From Proteromonas lacertae (lineage: Eukaryota): 35,153 nucleotides of DNA. The position numbers and the translations under genes were made by a program. The notes beneath the pieces are model-generated. The model was not told the DNA's origin, ran no database searches, and worked only from the letters and a program-made list of their open reading frames with translations. The stretch is from NCBI GenBank assembly GCA_002245135.1, contig NGBS01001186.1, positions 62,001-97,153 of the forward strand, written 5' to 3'. This document shows positions 25,999 through 35,153 of this stretch, one piece after another (the stretch's first letter is position 1; every line of letters begins with the position of its first letter).

Positions 25999-28900
25999 AT
26001 GTTACCATCAGATTCAGAAGTATTTCGATTGACTTATTTTATATAGATAAAAGAAAGAATAGAGAAGAGTAATTATGAAGAAAACTTGGTCATTCTACAT
26101 GAAAATGATACCAAAATGGTTAAAATATTTAATTTGGATGGAATAAAAGAAAAGAAGATTTTAATATTCTATGAAAATCACTCCTTGCTGTTAAATTGTT
26201 GTAATTCCTTTATTTTTCCTTATGACGTTGTTCAGATGAATGTTGAAAGTGAATATATGATAATTTCTCGAAGATATTATTCAGGAGATTTAGAGGAGAT
26301 AATCCAGAGTAAATCCTTATCAGAAGGCGATATATATAGTGTGATATGTTCTTTGTGTAATAATCTATTGATTTTGAGTGGTTATGATTTAGTAGTAGGT
26401 AATATGAAGAGTTCTAATGTGGTATATGATGTAAATGGTGATATAAAGTTATGTGATTTATTCTTGAATGAGTTGAGAAAAGAAGAAGATATGAGATTGT
26501 ATGATATATGCTTCACAAGTCCTGAAGAGTTGAATGGATTAGAAATGAATGAAAAAAGTGTGATTTGGTCAATTGGTTGTATATTATATAAAATGATAAA
26601 CAAGAAATTACCTTTTAAAGAAGATGATAATATGATGAAAACAAAAGAGAATATTATGAGATGTAAATACTCAGCTGAAGAAAAGAAAGATAACAGAATA
26701 ACAGAATTGTTGAAAAATATATTTATGATAGATAATAATAAAAGACTTAATATTGAAGAGTTGAATAAATGTTTAATGAAAGAAAATTCAATAAAAGAAA
26801 ATTCAAATCGATTGTTATTAATAGAGAATGAAAGAAAAAATATGTTATATAATAACGATAAAGAATTGTTATACTATCCAACCTTATTCCAATCTGAATA
26901 TTATATTAAAAACTGGGAATATGGAAGTATATAACACATACATATATTGTAATATAGATAAATTTCTGTTTATATTATTGTCATACAATTACAATAAAGA
27001 TGATGAGATTCTTTCAATACTGTTGAGATTAAAATCCTATTCAAAAGATGTTAAAATCAAAAATCTAATAAATTATAAATATTATCACAAATGTAAAAAC
27101 AATTCAGGATGTTATTTAGATGAAATGATATTTAACATTAAAATTAATCAAATTAATGAAATATTTATAGAAATCAATTCAGACTGCATTTGTTTATGTG
27201 AAGAAGGAATTGCTTATTTCCTCAAAATAATGAAATTAGTCAATCCTACAAAAATTGAATTTGGTATATTTCTAATCATTATTATTTATTTAGATAAGAT
27301 GAAAATTCCAATCCATCATCAGTCATTATTTGAATCATATTTTTCTCAAATAACAAATCTAGAAGAATTGGATTTATCAGGATGTAATCTTTCTTCTAAT
27401 TTCATTGAATTATTTGTTAAATCACTTCCATTAATGAGATTAAAACATGTTGATCTTTATGGTATTTATAATATTGTTTTTATTGTTTTGAAATAGATAA
27501 TCCAATTGGCCCAAAAGGATTCAAATTGTTACTTCCATATTTACATCTAATAATTAACGAGAGTAATGAATTGAATCTCCAAAAGATGAGATTGAATGAT
27601 GAATCAATTGAGTTATTATCAGAAGAATTATCCAAATATCCAAATATTACAAAAATAGATGTTAGAAATAACAAAAACATTCATTCCAAAAGATTAAAAG
27701 TTTTATTTTCCATATTCCCTGATATATACTGTGATCCATACAAAGAACTGCTAATTGATCAGACAATAGGAAATTTAAATAATTTTATAGAATTATACAA
27801 TGAAAGTATAATTAATAAACATGCTCAATATCCAACGAAGTGTAGAACTTTAAATTTGAGTAATCTGTGTATCGATGATGTTTTTTTCAAATCATTTTTT
27901 TCATTAAGATCAAATGAATTTAGGGATATTTATTGTTTATATTTGAATAGTATATTTTGATATTTTTAAATTATATAGATAATCAATTAACATATGAAGG
28001 TATAAAAATACTGATTAACAATTTATCTTTATTTTCAGATTTTATGGAGATTAAAATATATGGAAATAATATAGGAGATGAAGGAATGAGATTATTATCT
28101 CCACATTTAAAGTTTTTAGAAGATTATTATGAAATAATTAATTTTTCGAGTATAACATTAATTATTGTAATTAATTTTGAATAGAAATGGGATTATCTTC
28201 AACTGGATTGAAATACTTATTAGATGATTTAAAAACAGTTTTTAGAGAAGGATATCAAAGAATCACACTTGATATAAGTGATAATAATATTGATTCAGAT
28301 GGAATAGAATATTTAATGAAGTATGTTAAAGAAGAAGATAATATAAAAAAGTTCTACATTCATAGTATATTATTATATTAAGTCTGTTTTATTCAACAGA
28401 TAATCCAATTGGTAATTTAGGATTTAAATTATTATTATGCAATTTATGGAAATTACCTAACAATCTAAGTAATATCTCAATAGATGATGATGGTGTGGAA
28501 CTATTAGTGAATGTATTTGATAAACTTATAGAATGCAAAACAATAATTTTATATGGAAATAATATTAGAATGAAAGGGTTGAAATCTATATGTTCAAAAT
28601 CCATTTCAAATTGGGTATATCCTTTTATTGCAATGAAAAGTCAATCTTGGACAAATCAAGAATTGGAATATTATTTGAATTATTGTATTGAAAAGGAAAG
28701 AAGAGAATGTTATGATGAGGATAATTATGGTTGGTGTGATAATTGTAACAAAAAGAAAGGGAAATATTACATAAAATTTGATTTTTCAAGTATATAGTTT
28801 ATATTAAATTGAAATAGATATGAATATTAATGATTTTCATATATCACTAATTAAACAGATAGATTATGATATACTTGATTTATCAAATAATAGAATAAGT

Positions 28901-29362
28901 TACAAAGGATTAGAAGAATTGGTGGATTCTTTACTAGGATATCATTATGTATACATATCAATATTCAGTAATGAAATTGGAGATGAAGGAATAAAGATAA
29001 TATGTGATTGTTTAGAACAATTTGTTGAAAGAGATGGAAAAAGAAATCCAGTATCATTAAATGTATCAAATGGAATGACTGAAAATGGATTGATATTGTT
29101 AATAGAAAGATTAAATGATTATCAATCATTACAAAAGATAAATCTATCAGGAAATGAATTAAATGAAAGAGAATTGAGATTAATTATAGAAAACAAAGAT
29201 ATATTTGAATGTTTAGATGAATTTTTAATTACTGTAAAAGATGATGTATCAGAATTAGAATTATTTTTAGAAACATTCTCAACAATTGCAACAATCAAAA
29301 TAAATGGAATATCAGATGAAGAAAAGAAAGAATTATCAAAAGAATTCTTCAACATAGAATAA
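25999..29362 (+). CDS. Pseudokinase fused to a long RNI-like LRR array (multi-exon)
   Basis: Kinase fold with degenerate catalytic loop (VVGNMKSSN) and DLF in place of DFG, plus SPEE and IWSIGC. Many LRRs (NPIGPKG, NNIGDEG, NNIDSDG, NEIGDEG), separated by introns that often fall just before the repeat Asn. Confidence 0.8.
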
Positions 29363-29411
29363 TTTTAAAAACAAAACAATAATAAAAATAAAAATAAAAT
29401 CATAAAACTAT

Positions 29412-30200
29412 TTATTTTGTTTCATACAAATTGAACAAACCTAATAATTGAGTTAAACCATATGATGTACTTTCATCAACACATCCTTCTCCATTTCTTG
29501 CATAAAAGAAATCAATTAACTTCAAATTAACTGGCGGATCTTTTACTAAAGGATCTCCTTCATATATGATAAATACCGAAGATGCTGTGAAATGATATTC
29601 TGTTTGAACTTTGAAGTATGCTACTAATGCTGCTAATTGTGTAAGTATCTTCTGATGGATCAATGGTAAGGTATCTAAACCACATGAATAATAATTATCT
29701 ATTAAAGATTTCAGATTGTCTATTTTTATATCTCTTCCAAAGTGTTTATCTAATATCATGTATTTGTCACTTTTATATTGGTAAACTCTCATTCCTGTCA
29801 ATCTAAATCCTACTTTTTCTTGTTCTGCATACTTCGATAATTCATAATCAACTTTCTCTTTTGCTGCTTCTGGTGGATATGTATATTTTCCAATCTTAAA
29901 ATCCACTATACAAGGAAATTTGAATGTTGACAACAAATTCTCAAGCTTTATGTAATCTTTGCCATTATACTCTTCCTTACCAAGAAAATGGGGTATAAAT
30001 GCTAATAATGGAGATTTTTTCTTGTTTACTTCTTCATACCACTTCAATTCTGCATCTCTATATAAAAATATCATAAAAACAACAAAATACCCTCCATCTT
30101 TCTTTTTGATGGGTTTTAAAACAGTTGAGCCAGATACTAAAAATACGTTGTTTTCACTGACAACATGATGACCTCCTAACTGCTCTTCAAAAGCCTTCAT
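29412..30200 (-). CDS. Inositol polyphosphate kinase (IPK/IPMK family)
   Basis: QLGGH start motif, LENL, PCIVDFKIG (PxxxDxKxG), GFRLTGM, ASSVFIIY, LIDF; in-frame 33-nt intron 30058-30090. Confidence 0.9.
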   Translation of the reverse strand: MKAFEEQLGGHHVVSENNVFLVSGSTVLKPIKKKDGGYFVVFMIFLYRDAELKWYEEVNKKKSPLLAFIPHFLGKEEYNGKDYIKLENLLSTFKFPCIVDFKIGKYTYPPEAAKEKVDYELSKYAEQEKVGFRLTGMRVYQYKSDKYMILDKHFGRDIKIDNLKSLIDNYYSCGLDTLPLIHQKILTQLAALVAYFKVQTEYHFTASSVFIIYEGDPLVKDPPVNLKLIDFFYARNGEGCVDESTSYGLTQLLGLFNLYETK

Positions 30201-30264
30201 TTCAACTTCAAAAAATATAGTCAGTTAATAGAACAAAACGAATATATTTCCTGTTTCTATTGGA

Positions 30265-30583
30265 ATGGTCTGATTTATTTGTATTTTAATTCCTCTCTGG
30301 ACTCCATTTGTGGTATAATTATAGTATGATATTTTTATAGAGCCTTTTATCTTACGTCTACTACAATAACTATGGTCCTTATGCTGCAATAGTCGTTGCT
30401 TTGTTAGGTTTCATACTGTACAAAGTGTATGTTCGGTATAAATTCGGTAGTGCAGAAAAATCGAATGTTGAAGAAGAATCCTCTCTAGTTGGTGAGAATA
30501 AAGATAATGAGAGTAGTAGTTGTGGACCAGGTGGATGATCTACAGGGGGACTTAGGTTCCGTGTAAAACTTGACGAAAATTAA
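30265..30583 (+). CDS. Putative small membrane selenoprotein (96 aa, Sec at codons 3 and 82)
   Basis: Exons 30265-30312 and 30341-30583 (28-nt GTAT..TAG intron) give MVUFICILIPLWTPFVSLLSYVYYNNYGPYAAIVVALLGFILYKVYVRYKFGSAEKSNVEEESSLVGENKDNESSSCGPGGUSTGGLRFRVKLDEN*. TGA at 30271-30273 and 30536-30538, TAA stop, SECIS immediately downstream. Confidence 0.8.
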
Positions 30584-30594
30584 TTTTAATAGTT

Positions 30595-30662
30595 TTAAGA
30601 TTAAAATGATGATTTTTCTCTCATAAAGTGGAAACTGGAGGGAAAATGATGTTAATTCTTAA
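30595..30662 (+). promoter_or_regulatory. Eukaryotic SECIS element (form 2) in the 3' UTR
   Basis: Helix I TTAAGA-TTAA / TTAA-TCTTAA; core ATGAT (30609) / TGAT (30647); helix II TTTTCTCTC / GAGGGAAAA; unpaired AAA (30625-30627) 12 nt after ATGA; apical mini-hairpin GT-GGAA-AC. Confidence 0.85.
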
Positions 30663-31154
30663 AATTATTATATATTTATATATATTGTTTTTATGTTTAT
30701 GTAAAATTCTCTTAAAAGTACTTAAATATGTTGATGAATTGCATTGTTATCTCGATGTGTTTTTTTCTCTCTCGATAGTATAGTAAATATGAAGAAAAAT
30801 AAAATATATGAATTCTTCTGATAATAACTCAATTCATAACCTATTTTAATAAAAGATCAACATATTCCACTTTCATTGAATTTTAAAATCTTCTTTTCTT
30901 TTATTCCGTCTAAATTAAATATTTTAACCATTTAGGTATCGCTTTTATGTAGAATAATCAAATATTCTTCATAATTACTCCTCTCCATCCTTTCTTCTAT
31001 TAAATAAGTCAATCCAAATACTTCTGAATGTGATTGTAACATTGTAGATAATATATTATCAACAACGAAATTCATCATTAAATAATTATATTTATGATTT
31101 AATAAACAAACTAAACAAAAAACATATTAAAAAATATATATATAACATATAAAT

Positions 31155-34104
31155 TTATTTTTTAGATTTATCAAAACAACGATGTTCCAATATCTGTTTA
31201 GCAGATGGTCTTTTATTAGCTTCCTTCGTTAACATCCAATCAATCAACTGTTGTAAATCAGAAGAGTAGTATTTAGGAATTCTTGTAGTTTTACTACTTC
31301 TAATAGCAGTAACTAAAGTAATCATATTGTTCCCAGTAAAAGCAGATTCTAAACAACACAATTCATGTGAAATACAACCTAATCCCCAAATATCTACCTT
31401 ATTATCATATGGTAAGTTTAAAAACATCTCTGGAGCCATATATAATGGAGATCCAATAACTGTTTTAGCCTTTTGATCAGGTCTAACCGCAGTAGATACA
31501 CCAAAATCACCTATTAAACAAGCATCATTATCATTTAAAAAGATATTAGCTGGCTTCATATCACGATGTATAATATTCTGTGAATGGAATATAGTATAAA
31601 CCTAATGCTACACATTGTATATAATATAATATCAACTGTTCTTTAAAGTAAGATCTGAACTTATCTCTTTGAATATTGATCTTCTGTTCTAAGTCTCCCT
31701 TTGAGCAATATTGCATTACTAAATATATATTCTTTTCTTTAGAAAATCCATCAATATAATGAACTACATAGGGTGAGTTTAATCTCTTTAATATTGATAT
31801 TTCTGATTCCATCATATCTTTAGATTTCTTATCAATTCCTTTGGTTGACATTTCCTTCATTACATAATATTGTTCTTTAGATGAGACTAAATATACTTTA
31901 CCCCATGATCCACTACCTATTTCTTTTAATATATGATACTTTTCTGGTTCAGTAAACATACTAGACATTGCATCATTACCTATCTTTATTAACTCACTAG
32001 CATTTGGTCGATTCTTATAATTCTTTGTTAAACTTAAATCTATTAATTTCAATATACCAGGATTAACATCTCTACTTAATTTAGGATAAGATTTAGTAGG
32101 AATAACAGATTGTAATTGTAACAATGTACCAGTAAATGGTGGTTTAAATTCGCATAGTTCATACAGTATACAACCTGCAGCCCATATATCAACACGTTGA
32201 TCATAACTATTTCCTTCATACATCTCAGGTGACATATAACTTGGTGAACCTATGGTTGTATGAGTTAAATTACCTTCATCGAGGGTTTTAGCAACACCAA
32301 AGTCACCTATTATACAGTCATTAACATGGTTTAAGAATATATTTTCAGGTTTTAAATTACGATGGATTATTCCTAATGAATGGATATATTCGATTCCTTT
32401 TAAGAGTGATAAGAACAGTCTCAATATTTCTTTATCATCTAAATCATCTTGTTTTGATCTAGCAGTTTGAATTAGGTGTAATAAATCACCATTAGCACAG
32501 TAGGATGTTACTAGACATATATATCCTGGTATTGCAAATACATCAGTATATTCAATCACATTTCTATGATGTAATTTTCTTAATATTTCTAACTCCTGGA
32601 ATATCATCTTTTTAGCATCTTTTGATAGATTTGTATACATTATTTTCTTTAATACTTTAATGCCTTCACCTCTATCTACTGTATAAAGTGTTGATGTACG
32701 CTTATCTGCAATACAGGCTTGTATTTTATATCCTTTTGATTCAATACTATTACATTCTTCAATACCTCTTCTTTGGATTGAATTTCTATTGTTATATTGA
32801 CTGGAATTATTATTATTATTATTTGAATAATTATTATTTGAATTATTGGAGGTTTGTATTAATACAGGTTTAACGTTTGGTGTATTATTATTAGAATTAT
32901 TGTTATAAACAGTTTCTGGGGATTTTTGAGGTGAAAAATCTCTACTAATTGTTGATTGACCAAATTGAACCCATTCATTTAAATAGTGTTTAATATAAAC
33001 CAAATATCGATTATCACTATCTTTTACAAATAATTGATATAAAGAAGATGAATAAAACTGATAACCTACAGCTACTAATGAATAAAATAATAAAGTCAAA
33101 GTGTCATATTCACACTGTTCTTTACCCCATATTTTATATCGATCACTGTAGTTATTACTATGTTGAAATAATATATTCGCATTAGCTACTTTAGGTTCTG
33201 TACCGTAATATAAAAATATTATTCTAAGTACTTTTCTGTAAGTATTCATATACTTTTCATTCTGTTTGAACTTGTCAATATCTTCCGGTTTAGTTTTGTT
33301 ATAAACTGATGGTAGTAATGCTTTAAACATAGATCTATGAGATCTTAACCAGTTGATATTATGATATTGTCTTAGAAATACATTGATAGTAACCAATGGT
33401 TCGTTTTTATATTGCATTCCTTCTTTACCTTCATAGAGATTAAATATATTCATTTTTTGTACGATATCATCACATACTTCATTGAGATTATCTTCTTCTT
33501 GGTTATTGTGTAGTACCATTGTATTTTTCTTACTATCTGTTGGTTCTACATCGTAAGATTCACATCTCGATTTTGGAATTGGTGGTAATATTGGTGTAGA
33601 TTCTATATTAGCTGTTGCTGGAGATGATATGATGTTCGATGCTTCTTCTAATAAGATCGGATTCTCTGTTTCTTGACCTTTCACTGCCATTGCACTTTCA
33701 CGATGTTTTTTAACAATTTCTGGACCTTTTACTGTATAAGGCTCACTTTCACTCTTAGCATAGTTTGATGCCTTAAGCGGAACAGATGAATTATTGTTAC
33801 TTTTCTTCAAATCGCTATTTTGAGATTTTTTGAGTGGTGGTTTATCTGGTGGCACTTCTGAATTTTGTCTACTATGCAATGTGACATAATTTTGGTTGTT
33901 TATATTGGATTTTTTTATTTCTTCCAGAGAACCTTTTGTTACACGGTTATTATTATCTAAATTCCCTTGATTATAATCCAGATAATGTAAACTATTCTAT
34001 GAAACAGTAATTACACAAAAATACATGTGGGCTTCGTGTCAAAGGTGCTGAAGGTATTGTACTTTTCTATGACATAATAACATAATTTATTATACAGAAC
34101 TCAT
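31155..34104 (-). CDS. Tandem NEK-like kinase (pseudokinase plus kinase), interrupted by a 1-nt frameshift
   Basis: ATG 34104 with introns 34067-34095 and 33997-34024 leads into ORF 31561-33879. Two NEK-type domains (GDFGVA/S, IGSPxYMxPE, VDIW); the second domain continues in ORF 31155-31559 after one extra base at about 31586-31589. Confidence 0.85.
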
Positions 34105-34823
34105 ACACCCCATTAGCGTATAAAAGATGAAAAAAGTGATTTAGAAAAAAACTAAAAAAATTTGAGAGAAAATCAAACGTTTCTCAAATAGTTTGAGAAG
34201 TTTGAGACATTGTTTTGTTTGATTTAATAAAGAATATGATTATATTTCTGTATTATTTTGATATTAGTTAATAATATCAATTGATTTGTACAATTGTGTA
34301 GTAGATGAGAGTAAAGATACTCAAAAGAAAGTGAGATTATGATAAAACAGGATTAAAAATGGTTTAGCCTTTTATTAGATGTATTTATAGATGAAGCATG
34401 TTGTGGTGAGATACTTAAAAAACACAAATTGTCAAATGGAATTATTTTTTCGTAAACCCAAATTCAGAAATTTTCAAACACCGGAAATAAAAAATCTGAT
34501 TATATAGCAAATTCACCTCACTATATTATTATAAATAGTATACACAAATTCATGATGCCTTTTTTTAAAGAATTAAAGAATGATTATATTCATGTAAAAA
34601 TTCAGTGTAGTGAAAAGCAATATAGTAATCCTCAAGTATGAATATTGTTAGTGTTTAACAATAAAATCAATATAAATATCCATTTTTCATCCTTACTAGG
34701 TCATTCAAAAGAATGAATTTCTTTTACATAATTTATTTTATACACACAAGCAGATTGAAAATAAAACGGGTTATTTGGATTTGACATATTTGTTAATATA
34801 AAGAATATGATGTTTTTTGTTAA

Positions 34824-34930
34824 GATTCTGTGGCGCAATGGATAACGCATCGGTCTTAAAATTATTTACCTTTGGTTAATAGTACAACTTTCTAAACCGA
34901 AGATTAGAGGTTCGAATCCTCTCAGAATCA
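34824..34930 (+). tRNA. tRNA-Arg(UCU) gene with a 34-nt insert in the anticodon loop
   Basis: Acceptor GATTCTG/CAGAATC, D arm GCGCAATGGATAACGC, anticodon stem TCGGT/ACCGA, T arm AGAGG-TTCGAAT-CCTCT. Removing 34857-34890 gives the loop CT-TCT-AA. Confidence 0.8.
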
Positions 34931-34931
34931 C

Positions 34932-34938
34932 TTTTTTT
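34932..34938 (+). terminator. RNA polymerase III oligo-T terminator
   Basis: T7 run starting 2 nt after the tRNA discriminator base. Confidence 0.7.
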
Positions 34939-35153
34939 ATTTTTTTTTAATTACAGAATAATATCAATAAAATCACTGATTTTATATATAATTTTATTAC
35001 TGTAATTGATTTATGAAATTATGCACTAGGAATCATAGTAACTATTCAAATTATCCTAAAATAGGATCTATAATATTTGTCTTATTAATTAAATATAGTT
35101 ATGTGAGAATTATATAAAAATATGATAAGAAACAGTGAAAATATAGTTGATTT

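Noticed and set aside
551..32873. Short antisense or alternate-frame ORFs in the track (e.g. 551-859, 7995-8276, 16301-16561, 21123-21557, 26382-26603, 29959-30168)
   Set aside because: They are shadows of real genes on the other strand or frame and carry no independent motifs.
34..34104. Blastocystis-type stop codons created by polyadenylation
   Set aside because: Every gene model here ends in a genomically encoded stop, and I saw no TGTTTGTT motif at a stopless 3' end.
34857..34859. tRNA-Leu(UAA), or TTA-to-Arg recoding through canonical 37/38 splicing
   Set aside because: There is no long variable arm, and TTA encodes conserved Leu positions in VPS4 and the kinases.
34855..34888. The tRNA insert reads GT..AG on the antisense strand, and a sense GT..TAG also overlaps it
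   Set aside because: Antisense splicing cannot mature the tRNA, and removing the sense GT..TAG destroys the anticodon stem; probably chance.

Overview
Very AT-rich, gene-dense eukaryotic nuclear DNA with many tiny (25-47 nt) GT..AG spliceosomal introns, mostly GTAT...TAG, and 57-120 bp intergenic gaps. This architecture suggests a Blastocystis-like gut stramenopile (inference only). After manual splicing the window holds about 19 protein genes: 3' part of MON2-like, SOS1/SLC9C-like Na+/H+ antiporter, two pseudokinase-LRR genes plus a decayed third copy, GT92 glycosyltransferase, SCI1-like protein, a small membrane protein, SerRS, site-2 protease, VPS4, a DCX/KHA-like-CAMK kinase, HAD 5'-nucleotidase, inositol polyphosphate kinase and a tandem NEK-like kinase, plus one tRNA gene. 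Highlights not visible in the ORF track: (1) a 96-aa membrane selenoprotein candidate with two in-frame TGA codons (MVUFIC..., ...CGPGGU...) and a canonical SECIS in its 3' UTR; (2) three ATPase-less multi-MIT-repeat genes beside VPS4, all four with an intron exactly 133 nt after the ATG; (3) a tRNA with an Arg body and a 34-nt hairpin insert 5' of the UCU anticodon rather than at the canonical 37/38 site; (4) a single-base frameshift just before the HRD motif of the only catalytically intact domain of the tandem NEK; (5) a candidate AT-AC intron.
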